A stretch of 30,363 bases of DNA, from positions 1 through 30,363 of the IMG/VR virus record IMGVR_UViG_3300017784_006466. The stretch is one strand, 5' to 3'. Origin of the DNA: a virus. Taxonomy: Duplodnaviria; Caudoviricetes. Every line of letters starts with the position of its first letter. The first letter of the stretch is position 1. Positions 1 through 9,769 of the stretch are shown here, in pieces. A program made the position numbers and the translations under genes. The notes below the pieces were generated by a model, which made no database searches, was not told the DNA's origin, and saw nothing but the letters and a program-made list of their open reading frames with translations.

Positions 1-1
1 T

Positions 2-160
2 GCTTCTGAGATCGAAGCAAAAATTGGAGTTAAAAGAAAAGTTGGATTGATAATACTTAACCTCAGATATATCTTATCTAGAGGTAAAGCCCTTTTGGAT
101 ATTAAAGAAAAGTTAAATAATTCGGAGAGTTATATTAAAACCAGACTTCATTATGTATAA
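2..160 (+). CDS. Possible 3' end of a gene entering from the left (ASEIEAKIG...TRLHYV*)
   Basis: Frame is open from base 2 to TAA at 158-160 and abuts the stop of the convergent ORF 161..499; no recognisable motif. Confidence 0.3.
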   Translation, partial: ASEIEAKIGVKRKVGLIILNLRYILSRGKALLDIKEKLNNSESYIKTRLHYV

Positions 161-499
161 TTATTTTTCATTTTTATTTAATAAATATTCTTGAATGACA
201 TCAAAATTACGATCTAATTTAGATTCAATTCTATCAAAGTAATCATCAAAAGAATCTTTAGTAACATAAGTCGTAGATACTTTTAAAGCAAGATCTGCAA
301 TTTCTTGTTGGTGTTTTCTTGATTCTAATTCCATCTCTTTTCTTAATGTTATAAAATCACTAAACGTTTTATCGTTTATATCTTTCATTAGAGTCTCTTG
401 TTTATCGAAAAGAGAAAATACTCTAGTAAATAACCATCCTCCTAGGAAAGAAAGGGCTCCTAATACTAAGTTAAAAACAAAATAAATATCCATATTCAT
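161..499 (-). CDS. Membrane-anchored coiled-coil protein (holin-like architecture)
   Basis: N-terminal hydrophobic helix FVFNLVLGALSFLGGWLF then a charged helical region; GTGTAA motif 8 nt upstream of ATG. Confidence 0.6.
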   Translation of the reverse strand: MNMDIYFVFNLVLGALSFLGGWLFTRVFSLFDKQETLMKDINDKTFSDFITLRKEMELESRKHQQEIADLALKVSTTYVTKDSFDDYFDRIESKLDRNFDVIQEYLLNKNEK

Positions 500-526
500 A
501 CAGATATTTACACTTTTTATTATCTA

Positions 527-1591
527 TTATAGTTTTAAATCAGAAAAATCTTTGTCTTCAATATCAGTTTTTCTTGCGCCAACTTTATAACTAGATATCT
601 CTGTTTCTTGTGGTGCAACTTGTACTTTACTACTATCTAAATAGCTGTCATGCCATCCAGCGATAGGGTTATCTTTTTGATTGAATATCTTCTTGTACCC
701 TAAGCTTCTTAATCGGCTATCACAAAGCCACTTAGAATAGCCATCTAGAACGTCAGCATTTAATCCAAGTAAGCTGCCTTTACTGAAGAGATATTGAGAC
801 CATTCACTTTCATTCTTAGCAGCCTGTTCATAGAAAGCATATATCTTATCTTCATTTTTCTTTACAATAGATGTGAAACCTTCTTTATCTTCATCACGAA
901 GTATTTTCAAAAGATTTTGAGAGGTAGCAAAATGCAAAGCTTCATCTCTTTGAATGAATTTAATGATTTTAGAATTACCTTCCATCTTACCACGATATCC
1001 AAAATAAAAAGAACAAGCGAAAGAAACATAAAATACCAACCCTTCCATTACATTAATAGAAAGAATAGCGTCAAAAATCTTTTGTTTAGGATCTTTCTTT
1101 TCATCATCACCAAGAATTTTATCAAAATTATCTCTAATCAATTGAGCACGACTTGTTATTTCTTTATCTTCCATAATACTATCAAAAAAATCTGTAGGAT
1201 CTGGATGAACATTATTTAAAAGATAAGAGTAAGAATAAGAATGAATGCCTTCAAATTGAGCCCAAGTATTCATGCATATTTCAAGTTCTGGATTAGTAAC
1301 ATAGTCTTTGAGAGAATGTATACTTCTGGAAAGCATACTATCACCAAGAGTTTGAAATCTTAAATTACTATCAAATACAAATCTTTCTGTATCAGTTAAA
1401 TTTTTATAATCACTTCTATCTTTTCCTAAAGCAATTTCATGAGGCCACCAGAAGTTTTCGTTTTGTTTTTTGAATAGCTCAAAAAATATTGGATATTTGA
1501 ATCTATCATATCTTTGTAAATTTAAATCTTCACCAAGAAATAATGGCTGTTTAGTAAAATCTATATTTTTAAAATTTAAAACAGTTTTCAT
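527..1591 (-). CDS. nrdB: Ribonucleotide reductase class Ia beta subunit
   Basis: FWWPHEI, QTLGDS, FEGIHSYSY (metal ligands plus radical Tyr), MEG, RDEALH, C-terminal APQETEISSY. Confidence 0.96.
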   Translation of the reverse strand: MKTVLNFKNIDFTKQPLFLGEDLNLQRYDRFKYPIFFELFKKQNENFWWPHEIALGKDRSDYKNLTDTERFVFDSNLRFQTLGDSMLSRSIHSLKDYVTNPELEICMNTWAQFEGIHSYSYSYLLNNVHPDPTDFFDSIMEDKEITSRAQLIRDNFDKILGDDEKKDPKQKIFDAILSINVMEGLVFYVSFACSFYFGYRGKMEGNSKIIKFIQRDEALHFATSQNLLKILRDEDKEGFTSIVKKNEDKIYAFYEQAAKNESEWSQYLFSKGSLLGLNADVLDGYSKWLCDSRLRSLGYKKIFNQKDNPIAGWHDSYLDSSKVQVAPQETEISSYKVGARKTDIEDKDFSDLKL

Positions 1592-2262
1592 GTTTTTAAT
1601 ATATTATATTTTTGGCATAATGTCAAACCATTCCTAAATGGTAATTGGCTATTATGCCTATCCATATTTGTATGAACATTAAATGTTTTATAGCCAGCGT
1701 TTATAAAAAAATTAACTAAAGCTCTATCCTTACCAAAAACCCAACCATTATCTATTTTTTTTGATGTTTTTGTTAAAGGTATTGCGTTAAGATTTGTGTC
1801 ATGTATACATATAACAGTATCATCAGTAATAATTTTTTTGTCATAGAATTTTTTAAAAAAATTAATTTCTAGATCTAGTCTATGAGAATCAAAAAATATT
1901 AAATCTAAAGATAAATTATCGACATCATCAGGTTCTACAAGGTCTATACTTTTTATAATAGATCTATGTCTTTTAGAGTCTTGTTGAAAAGATCTTTTAA
2001 TATTTATATCTACACTATAAACTATGCTGTCTTCAAAAATAGAGGTGGCTTGTAAAAAATTTTTAGCAGAATATCCAACTCCAGCTCCAGATTCTAAAAT
2101 TCTTTTAATTAAAGAACATCTAATCAAGGCGTAAAGTAAAAGCGCTTCATCATCTTGAATAGAGCCACGGACATATTGATTATTTTCTTGAGTTAGATGA
2201 GATAAATTATATTTATTATTATTTGTTGTAGTAGTGTACCATGGTGGAAGAGGAGTATTCAT
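1588..2262 (-). CDS. Class I SAM-dependent methyltransferase (Methyltransf_24-like)
   Basis: ILESGAGVGYS motif I, VYSVD, LDLIFFDSH, ICIHD. Confidence 0.8.
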   Translation of the reverse strand: MNTPLPPWYTTTTNNNKYNLSHLTQENNQYVRGSIQDDEALLLYALIRCSLIKRILESGAGVGYSAKNFLQATSIFEDSIVYSVDINIKRSFQQDSKRHRSIIKSIDLVEPDDVDNLSLDLIFFDSHRLDLEINFFKKFYDKKIITDDTVICIHDTNLNAIPLTKTSKKIDNGWVFGKDRALVNFFINAGYKTFNVHTNMDRHNSQLPFRNGLTLCQKYNILKT

Positions 2263-2267
2263 TGTAT

Positions 2268-4520
2268 TTATAATTTACACGCTCCACTAGTGCAGTCATC
2301 TTCTTTTTGTGTCATGGACTGCTCTTTATCTCCATCATCTGTATTATTATAATACAAACTAATTAATCCAAGACTATAGGCATACATTATCTCTTTCATA
2401 ACTTTGCTGTCTGGTAATATATGGTTATCATAGTGACTATAATTATAATAAACATTAGTAGATATAGCCATATCAATATATTTTTGAATAACTGCATTAA
2501 TTTTCAATAAACCAATATTATCTTTAAGGTTGTAAGCTAGTTCATAATTTTCATCATATTTTCCAATTCCGGGAACTAATACTGGCAGTTTTCCCATTTT
2601 ACTAGTTTTATAAGTGATAAGACCACGAATTGGTTCAACTCCATTTGTAGAAGATTGAATTACTGAACTACTTTCACAAGGCATGCAAGAAGATAACGTA
2701 GAATTTCTTAATCCAAACTCTTTAATATCTTTTTTTAATTTGTCCCAATCAAGAGATAGTTTTCTTTTTACAATTTCATCAACCTTATCTTTATAAGTAT
2801 CGATTGGAAGTATACCTTTAGAATATTTTGTATTATTAAATTTTTCACATTTACCTTTTTCTTTAGCTAATTCTACGCTACTCTTTAAAAGATAATATTG
2901 AAAATGTTCCATCCATTCGTCAATCACGCTTAATGATTTATCTGATGAATATTTTAATTCATTTTTAGCAAGAAAGGCTGCAAGATTGGTAATTCCAACT
3001 CCAAGGCTTCTACGTTTTTTAGCAAAATTTTCAGCAGCAACATTAAAGTAATTTTGAAGATCAATGATTTCATCAAGAAATCTTACGATAAGATCGCAGG
3101 TCTTTTCAAGATCTTGCCAGTTTTTAATCTCTAGCATATTTACTGCCGAAAGAATACACATTCCAATTTCACCATCTTTATCATGATAATCATTTAATGG
3201 AATAGTTGGATGAATAACTTCAGTACAAAGATTACTCATTGTAACTTTATCAAGCCAAGCTCCGTGTTCATTTGCATGATCTACGTTAAGAATATAAATA
3301 CGACCAGTTTCTACTCTTTCTTTGACTATTAGAGAAAACAACTTACGTGCAGATACTTTCTTTTTTAGTTTTAATTTTTTAGATTCACACTCTTTATATA
3401 CTTTATCAAAATCTTTTGTTCCCCATGCTTCGTAAAGTTCTGTAACTTCTGAATTATTAAATAGAGTAATATCTTCATCTTTTAATACTCTATCATAAAA
3501 TAATTTGCTCATACCAACCGTATAATCAAGTTTACGAACTCTATTATCATCTGTTCCAGCATTATTCTTTAATACAACAATATCTTCAATTTCATAATGC
3601 CACCATTGGATATTACAAGTTGCACTTCCACCTCTTAATCCATTTTGTTGCCAAGCCTTAACGCTACTTTCATAAATTTTTAAAAATGGAATTAAACCAG
3701 TATGGACTACTTCTCCGTTCTTAATAGAAGAACCAATAGCTCTAATTTTACTTATGTCAATGCCAATCCCACATCTATTAGCAGTAGCCATACTAACCGC
3801 AGTAGCACTAGCCGTGATACTATCCTTTGTATCATCAACACCAATTAAACAGCAACTAGCGTAGTTTTTACTAGAAGTTCTAAGTCCTGCCATCACTGGA
3901 GTTGGAAGATTAATTTTATGTTTGCTAATAGCATCGTAAAATTTTCTCACATAAGATAATCTTGTTTCTAGTGGGTATTTAGCAAAAGCATATGCAGCAA
4001 TTAATATGTAGGCGAACTGTGGAGTTTCATAAATTTTTCCAGTTACTCTATCTTTGATTAAATATTTATCACATAGTTGTTTTATGCCAGCGTATGTAAA
4101 ATTATAATCACGTTCATGGTCAATAAATTCACAAAGTTTATTGATTTCGTCTTCTGAATAGTTCTCTAAAATAATAGGATCATAAATTTTATTTTTGATT
4201 CCTTGGCTCAAAAACTCAGATAATCTTGGAGCATGCTTTCCCTTCCAAACATCTTTTCTCAATTGATAATTTAAAAGTCTTCCAGCAACAAATTGATAAT
4301 TTGGTTTTTCAACAGAAATTAAATTTGCAGCGCTTTCAATTAAAAGATTATGAATTTCTTTTGTAGTAATACCTTCATGAATATTTATTTTAGCATTAAT
4401 TTCTACGTCAGTAAGACTTACTTCAGTTAAGTCGTTAACGGCCCATTCTATTACTTTATTTATTTTTTCTATATTAAATTTTTCAGATGATCCATTTCTT
4501 TTTTTGATTTTAATATTCAT
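2268..4520 (-). CDS. nrdA: Ribonucleotide reductase class Ia alpha subunit with N-terminal ATP-cone
   Basis: IKKRNG ATP-cone start, PTPVMAG, ASCCL, SNLCTE catalytic motif, SLYY, C-terminal CTSGACKL. Confidence 0.97.
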   Translation of the reverse strand: MNIKIKKRNGSSEKFNIEKINKVIEWAVNDLTEVSLTDVEINAKINIHEGITTKEIHNLLIESAANLISVEKPNYQFVAGRLLNYQLRKDVWKGKHAPRLSEFLSQGIKNKIYDPIILENYSEDEINKLCEFIDHERDYNFTYAGIKQLCDKYLIKDRVTGKIYETPQFAYILIAAYAFAKYPLETRLSYVRKFYDAISKHKINLPTPVMAGLRTSSKNYASCCLIGVDDTKDSITASATAVSMATANRCGIGIDISKIRAIGSSIKNGEVVHTGLIPFLKIYESSVKAWQQNGLRGGSATCNIQWWHYEIEDIVVLKNNAGTDDNRVRKLDYTVGMSKLFYDRVLKDEDITLFNNSEVTELYEAWGTKDFDKVYKECESKKLKLKKKVSARKLFSLIVKERVETGRIYILNVDHANEHGAWLDKVTMSNLCTEVIHPTIPLNDYHDKDGEIGMCILSAVNMLEIKNWQDLEKTCDLIVRFLDEIIDLQNYFNVAAENFAKKRRSLGVGITNLAAFLAKNELKYSSDKSLSVIDEWMEHFQYYLLKSSVELAKEKGKCEKFNNTKYSKGILPIDTYKDKVDEIVKRKLSLDWDKLKKDIKEFGLRNSTLSSCMPCESSSVIQSSTNGVEPIRGLITYKTSKMGKLPVLVPGIGKYDENYELAYNLKDNIGLLKINAVIQKYIDMAISTNVYYNYSHYDNHILPDSKVMKEIMYAYSLGLISLYYNNTDDGDKEQSMTQKEDDCTSGACKL

Positions 4521-4601
4521 AGTTCAATGTAAGCAGTGTGAATCTTATATTACATTGATTTTACTATTCTGGAAAGAAAAAACCAGAAAGTTGCTAACAA
4601 T

Positions 4602-4952
4602 TTATTCAGAACCAGCTTTTGGGTGTACTTTGCCTTTGCGTTTTTTAGACCAATCTTTATAATATTTATTTTTAACTGGATCTGCTCCACCATAAAGTTT
4701 TTTTCTTTTATCGGAAAGCTCTTGACTTCTATCCCAAAGATCTCCCATAGTACCTTTTTGTTTACCAGTTAATTCGGAAAATTGTCTTGCACTAGATTCT
4801 GCACCTAATGTTCCAAATGTATTAACTTCTGGAGTAGTGAAAATTCTATCCCACTTGATTTGATTTTCAGAATATTCATGAGTATCATGAACGCTTTGCA
4901 TAATCTCCTTTACTTTACCAGTTTTAGGATTTTGATATAAATAAATAGGCAT
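4602..4952 (-). CDS. Hypothetical protein with an FmdB-like N-terminus lacking the zinc-binding cysteines
   Basis: MPIYLYQNPKTG start resembles the MPxYxY of FmdB-type proteins; 1-nt gap to the upstream gene. Confidence 0.6.
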   Translation of the reverse strand: MPIYLYQNPKTGKVKEIMQSVHDTHEYSENQIKWDRIFTTPEVNTFGTLGAESSARQFSELTGKQKGTMGDLWDRSQELSDKRKKLYGGADPVKNKYYKDWSKKRKGKVHPKAGSE

Positions 4953-4953
4953 A

Positions 4954-6045
4954 TCAACTATTAATAATATTTAAAACATTATCTGCAAATTTTTCAGAAG
5001 TAAATTTATCTTGGAGCTTTAGTCCTTCAGAATTTAATTTATTTAAATTTACCCTATCAATTGCTTTTTCACATCCAGCTATAAATTCATCATCATTAAA
5101 AATAAAAATATTACCTTGATTAAAAGCTTGTCCTTTATGAAAAAACATATTATCTACTGCGTCAATCTTTGAAGATGGTTGGACAAGCACAGAATTATTT
5201 TCATTAGCCCAATCCTTATATGAATGAGCATTTAGAATAATAGCATGTTTACCCATAGCTACAGAATGAAATTCTGGCAACCCCCAACCTTCTCCACCAC
5301 TCATACCAATGATAATATCTGCGCTATTCAGATAATCATTATACAAAGCATTTTTAGGCATATGTCCCATGAAAGATACATTGAAATAATTTACTCCTTC
5401 TAGGATAGAAGACATTAAAGCTTTATTGTCCTCTTCTTTTAAGAAAGGATTATAAACAGAACATTGAAGATGATATTTAGGATTATTTCCAAATTTTTTA
5501 ACCCAAGATTGAATTACTTTCTTATGATTTTTTCTTTTTTCTAGTTTGCCGACAAGATTAAAAACTATACGATCATCAGAAAAGTATTTCTTATCTAGTC
5601 TTTTAAAATTATATTTATCGAAAGCTAATGGTAAAAATTCTACATTAGAACAACCGAACATTTTAAATGTATCTACAGTATAATTAGAAGAAAAGAAAAC
5701 CTTATCTTGATTCTTAACGATATTGATTTCTTCTTTAGTAGGATTATCTAATTCATAGAACGAAAGAAGATATCTTTTATTAGAAGGAGAGTCTAGTGAA
5801 CCATTTAAATGCCACAATTTAAATATTGGGTCAGTCCTTTTTATTTTAGAAAGAAAGTCTGTTGTATGAGACTGAATGAAATTAAAAAAACCTTCATCCG
5901 ACTCTTGAGTAGATAGATCATATCTATCACCAATCGGATAAAGGGTAAAATCGTTTAAATTTTTTTTATACAACTCTCTTAAAAGAAGAGTTGAAACTTG
6001 TCCAAAACTAACAGAGTTTACAGGCAAGTTTAGAGTGAAACTCAT
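4954..6045 (-). CDS. GT-B glycosyltransferase (GT4-like)
   Basis: VGKLEKRKN and GGEGWGLPEFHSVAMGK (E-x-F/W-G-L-P signature). Confidence 0.85.
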   Translation of the reverse strand: MSFTLNLPVNSVSFGQVSTLLLRELYKKNLNDFTLYPIGDRYDLSTQESDEGFFNFIQSHTTDFLSKIKRTDPIFKLWHLNGSLDSPSNKRYLLSFYELDNPTKEEINIVKNQDKVFFSSNYTVDTFKMFGCSNVEFLPLAFDKYNFKRLDKKYFSDDRIVFNLVGKLEKRKNHKKVIQSWVKKFGNNPKYHLQCSVYNPFLKEEDNKALMSSILEGVNYFNVSFMGHMPKNALYNDYLNSADIIIGMSGGEGWGLPEFHSVAMGKHAIILNAHSYKDWANENNSVLVQPSSKIDAVDNMFFHKGQAFNQGNIFIFNDDEFIAGCEKAIDRVNLNKLNSEGLKLQDKFTSEKFADNVLNIINS

Positions 6046-6347
6046 AGAATATCGTCTTCGACCTCTTCTACTACTGGTTTACTCTTTTGAACTGAGCTAA
6101 CTGGAGCTTTAGCTTGAACTGGCGCAGAAGTTTTAGATTCTAGTGGTTTAGAAACATAGAGTCTATAATCTGGAGCTTTTTCATTGGTTTTTTTGCTATT
6201 AGCGAAAACTACAACATCAATTCTTTGTCCATCATGATCATTGATATAACCAGATAGAAAAGACATTCCTGCTTTACTTTTCTTTTTCCAAAGTGCACCA
6301 AGTTCATTTTGGTTTTTATTTGTGTTTGTATTTGTATTTGTATTCAT
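6042..6347 (-). CDS. DUF736-like putative ssDNA-binding protein with acidic tail
   Basis: LGALWKKKSKAGMSFLSG...KAPDYRLY, tail EEVEDDIL. Confidence 0.6.
   Translation of the reverse strand: MNTNTNTNTNKNQNELGALWKKKSKAGMSFLSGYINDHDGQRIDVVVFANSKKTNEKAPDYRLYVSKPLESKTSAPVQAKAPVSSVQKSKPVVEEVEDDIL
6318..6344 (-). repeat. Hexamer tandem repeat (AATACA)n encoding Asn-Thr
   Basis: Reads tttgtg tttgta tttgta tttgta on +; protein starts MNTNTNTNTNK. Confidence 0.75.
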
Positions 6348-6353
6348 ATAAAT

Positions 6354-6382
6354 ATTATAAGTTATTTATTATATTTTGTCAA
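6354..6382 (-). promoter_or_regulatory. Sigma70-type promoter TTGACA-N17-TATAAT, 6 nt before ATG 6347
   Basis: Perfect consensus with 17-nt spacing on the minus strand. Confidence 0.8.
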
Positions 6383-6959
6383 ACGAAATTTGACTAGATA
6401 TTTTTTTATTTAATAAATTTAACGCTTTATTATGTATATTAATAACAGTTTGAGTGCTGAAATTCATTTTCTCGCCTATATAATTCCAAGAATTTAATTT
6501 AGCATTAGAGAAATATCTCAAATTGAAAATCTTTTTAATTCTGTCATCTTTCATTTGGTCTAATATATTAAATATTAATTCAATTCTTTCTTGATTCAAA
6601 GTATTAAAATTCAGTTCTTGAGACTGCTTCTTTTCAGAAAGGTATCTTATATTCTCATTCTCCATAGAAATATCTTTATTCTTTTTGTTTAATGTATTCA
6701 AACAATGATATCTCATTTGATTTCCAACCCAAGTTGAAAATTTAATTTTTTTGTTAAATTTAAAACTTAAAGCTGATTTATAAACCACTAATATCTTATC
6801 AGTATTTAAATCAGAAATTGAAACGCCCATATCTGCACATACCTTGCAATATTTTTGTATCATTTTATTGCAAAGTCCTTGATGTCTTGAAGCTAATTCT
6901 AAAAGACTTTTTTCGCAGTTGTTAGTTTTTATGTTTTTAATTAATTGTGAGTCTGTCAT
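6369..6959 (-). CDS. Phage RNA polymerase sigma factor (sigma70 regions 2 and 4)
   Basis: FKFNKKIKFSTWVGNQMRY resembles region 2.3-2.4; C-terminal HTH SWNYIGEKMNFSTQTVINIHNKAL. Confidence 0.8.
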   Translation of the reverse strand: MTDSQLIKNIKTNNCEKSLLELASRHQGLCNKMIQKYCKVCADMGVSISDLNTDKILVVYKSALSFKFNKKIKFSTWVGNQMRYHCLNTLNKKNKDISMENENIRYLSEKKQSQELNFNTLNQERIELIFNILDQMKDDRIKKIFNLRYFSNAKLNSWNYIGEKMNFSTQTVINIHNKALNLLNKKISSQISFDKI

Positions 6960-7515
6960 ATATATTCCTTAAATTTTTTTGTATAAGCTCATAAAGAAAG
7001 TTTGTGTCTTGACAAGTTTCCCAACAGATAGAAAAATCAGCGACAGCTTTTAATTTATTGTCATTAGATTTCTCTTCTATGTTAGCTGGAGGCACTAAAC
7101 CATCATCAAGTTTTCTTGATAAATGAATTAAAATACCATTATGAGATTTAAGCCAAGAATATTCGTCTTCTTTATATTCTATATATCGAACATCTGTTAT
7201 GATCGGAACAACTTTATTTTTTGATAGTTCTTTTATTCTTGAGTCTAATTGAGAACTCCAGTATTTTCCTTCTGTTTGAGCTCTTCTACATTTGCCATAT
7301 GCAACCATTAGTGGTCTAACTAGTTCTTTATCTGACTCTTTGCATTTAAATAAATCAATTTTAAATTTTTCTTCTACAAAAATATTTAATTCTTTTTTAA
7401 GATTATCGGCAAAAGCCAATCTTTCACACTTTATATTTCTTTCTTCTAAATATCTTTTTAGAATAGAGTAAAGAGTGTCTTTTCCACATCTAGCTACGCC
7501 TGTTATTCCAATCAT
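6937..7515 (-). CDS. Deoxynucleoside monophosphate kinase (T4 gp1-like)
   Basis: IGITGVARCGKDT P-loop, AFADNLK, IITDVRY. Confidence 0.85.
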   Translation of the reverse strand: MIGITGVARCGKDTLYSILKRYLEERNIKCERLAFADNLKKELNIFVEEKFKIDLFKCKESDKELVRPLMVAYGKCRRAQTEGKYWSSQLDSRIKELSKNKVVPIITDVRYIEYKEDEYSWLKSHNGILIHLSRKLDDGLVPPANIEEKSNDNKLKAVADFSICWETCQDTNFLYELIQKNLRNIYDRLTIN

Positions 7516-7560
7516 AACTTACTAGTATAACATAGTATTATATAAAAGTAAAGTTAAAAA

Positions 7561-7589
7561 TTGACTTCAGTTATGAAATAGTATATAAT
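7561..7589 (+). promoter_or_regulatory. Sigma70-type promoter TTGACT-N17-TATAAT, 7 nt before ATG 7597
   Basis: Near-consensus with 17-nt spacing in a divergent intergenic region. Confidence 0.75.
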
Positions 7590-7596
7590 ATAAAGT

Positions 7597-8007
7597 ATGA
7601 GAATTTCTTTTGAAGAAATGGCTATTAAATTTGCAATAGATGCTTCGTTAAGGTCTGAAGACCCACACCTTCAAGTTGGATGTTCAATCTTAAATAAAGA
7701 AGGTAGACTATTAAGTATAGGATATAATGGACTACTCCCTAAACAAGAAGCAGCTCAAGATTTTTGGGGTAATAGAGATGAAAGAAGAAAGTATGTTATT
7801 CACGCAGAAACTAATGCCTTGTCTTGTATATCTAGATATGAAGAACCCCATATATTAGCTTGTACTTTATTGCCCTGCCCAAGCTGTGCTATTAATATAA
7901 TATCTAATAATATTAAAAAAGTCTTATATATACAAGAATATGAAAGAGATAATCTTGCTCACGAAATATTTGATTTTTATGGCATCGAACTGATAAGATA
8001 TAAGTGA
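7597..8007 (+). CDS. dCMP deaminase
   Basis: RSED..QVG, GYNG, HAETNAL, PCPSC zinc motifs. Confidence 0.92.
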   Translation: MRISFEEMAIKFAIDASLRSEDPHLQVGCSILNKEGRLLSIGYNGLLPKQEAAQDFWGNRDERRKYVIHAETNALSCISRYEEPHILACTLLPCPSCAINIISNNIKKVLYIQEYERDNLAHEIFDFYGIELIRYK

Positions 8008-8008
8008 C

Positions 8009-8362
8009 ATGACAGATATACTATTTTCATTCTATAACGTCTTCTGGCTGTTTATATGGTTTAATACAGAGGCTTTTATTGAGTATTGTAAATATATACC
8101 TGTTTTGAATAATGCTTTTAAAATAAAAAAGTACTATGAATATCAATCTACTGGAGGCAATTTAACATATCCAGTATTCCTTCAAGTAAACTATAATAAC
8201 TTTGGTACAAGGCTACTCTCATGCCCATATTGTTTATTGTTTTGGATTAATTCAAGTTTGGTATTTTTAATTCATGATTGGATATCTTTTTTTATAAATT
8301 ACAACATTTCAATCATATTATATTGTGTAATGATGATTATAGTTAAAAAATATGAAAGATAA
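8009..8362 (+). CDS. Membrane protein with CxxC motif
   Basis: Hydrophobic segments and LLSCPYCLLFW. Confidence 0.6.
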   Translation: MTDILFSFYNVFWLFIWFNTEAFIEYCKYIPVLNNAFKIKKYYEYQSTGGNLTYPVFLQVNYNNFGTRLLSCPYCLLFWINSSLVFLIHDWISFFINYNISIILYCVMMIIVKKYER

Positions 8363-8633
8363 AGTGTTCAACTTGCAAGATTTTTGTTCTTTGATAGGTA
8401 GGAATCAAGATGATGATAATTTTCACTATTGGTTAGACTTAATGAACATATATTCATCAACAATGGGCGGTTGCAGTTGTAATCTTAAAGCAAGACTTGA
8501 AAACGCTAATATATATTACAAAAGTAAAATGTTAAACGCCGCCCAAATTAAACTAGAACAACTTAAAACTTTTTTAAACATAGAAAAATTAGTATTTATA
8601 GACAACGAAGGTAAAACATTTTTTGAATTTTAA
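8352..8633 (+). CDS. Hypothetical protein (GGCSC motif)
   Basis: 93-aa ORF overlapping the previous stop; fills the operon. Confidence 0.6.
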   Translation: MKDKVFNLQDFCSLIGRNQDDDNFHYWLDLMNIYSSTMGGCSCNLKARLENANIYYKSKMLNAAQIKLEQLKTFLNIEKLVFIDNEGKTFFEF

Positions 8634-8662
8634 TTGACTTTGATTATAGCTTGAAGTATCAT
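8634..8662 (+). promoter_or_regulatory. Sigma70-type promoter TTGACT-N17-TATCAT, 6 nt before ATG 8669
   Basis: Consensus match and spacing. Confidence 0.7.
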
Positions 8663-8668
8663 TCTTAA

Positions 8669-9769
8669 ATGGACTTTAAAGAAGCTTTAGGATACGATGA
8701 TATTTCATTACTGCCAAATTTTTCGGACATAAATTCTAGGAAAGAAGCAGACACAACTACAAAAATTTCTAAAAATCATACTATAAAATTACCAATTATT
8801 CTATCTCCAATGGACACAGTATCTTCTGTTAAGTCTTGTATTAAAATGAATAAACTTGGCGGAGCAGGAGTTCTTCATCGTTTTATGTCGGTAGACGATC
8901 AAAGAAGTAAAACTAAAACGATCAAAGACGAAAGTAATTTTTGTATAACTGCTATTGGATTAAAAGATGCAGAAGAAAGAATTAAAGCAACAGCAATATA
9001 CACTGATATTTATTTCTTAGATACAGCTAATGGTTTATGTAAAAATGTAGAAGATTTTCTTAGATGGTATAAAACCGCAGGATTTTCGCAAGATATTATC
9101 GTTGGTAATACTTTAACTAAAGAAAGTGTTTATAGACTCGCTAATCTTAAAGCCGATGGATTCAGACATTTAATTGGGCCGGGGTCAATGTGTTTAACGC
9201 AAATTAAAACTGGAATTGGATGCCCAAGTATTACTGGTAATTTTTACGCTTGGAAAGCTGTAAGAAATTGGGAGTTATCGCAAGTAGATTTATTTAAAAA
9301 TGATTCTCCTAATCCAAGTAATAGACCAAGTATTCTTGCAGATGGAGGAATTAGATATCCAAAAGATTTAGTTAAAGCTATAGCTAGTGGGTGCGATGCC
9401 GTAATTTGTGGAAGAATTTTTGCTGGACTTATTGACGTAGTGGATGATGAGAATCTTATTGAAAAAGATGGAAAATTATTCGCAAAATATAGAGGTATGG
9501 CGAGCAAAGACGTTGTAGAAGATTATGAACTACACGATGGTTCAAAAGAAAACCTTTTTGTCGAAGGAGATAACACTTTAATTCCAATTAATCAAAATAA
9601 ATCCATAGAAGATATAGTTTATGATTTCGCTAATGGTTTGAGAAGTGCTATGAGTTATCTTGGATTTAGGTCTCTTCAAGAAATGAGAGGCGGTTTATGG
9701 CTTAATAAAATTAAAGCTGTAAAAGTTTCAGCAAATAATATGTATGAGGGATTTGCTCATGGAAAATAA
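8669..9769 (+). CDS. IMPDH/GMP reductase family protein without CBS domains, probably GMP reductase
   Basis: SPMDTV, GVLHRF, IGPGSMC (catalytic Cys), ADGGIR, YRGMAS, GLRSAMSYLG; no Arg-Tyr dyad between YRGMAS and VEG. Confidence 0.9.
   Translation: MDFKEALGYDDISLLPNFSDINSRKEADTTTKISKNHTIKLPIILSPMDTVSSVKSCIKMNKLGGAGVLHRFMSVDDQRSKTKTIKDESNFCITAIGLKDAEERIKATAIYTDIYFLDTANGLCKNVEDFLRWYKTAGFSQDIIVGNTLTKESVYRLANLKADGFRHLIGPGSMCLTQIKTGIGCPSITGNFYAWKAVRNWELSQVDLFKNDSPNPSNRPSILADGGIRYPKDLVKAIASGCDAVICGRIFAGLIDVVDDENLIEKDGKLFAKYRGMASKDVVEDYELHDGSKENLFVEGDNTLIPINQNKSIEDIVYDFANGLRSAMSYLGFRSLQEMRGGLWLNKIKAVKVSANNMYEGFAHGK

Noticed and set aside
527-4520. Intron, intein or non-canonical class in nrdA/nrdB
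   Set aside because: Both ORFs are uninterrupted, of normal length, with class Ia ligands and the radical Tyr
7597-8007. TadA-like tRNA deaminase acting on the A34 tRNA
   Set aside because: The RSxD..VG and GYNG motifs and the position beside dNMP kinase fit dCMP deaminase; not excluded experimentally
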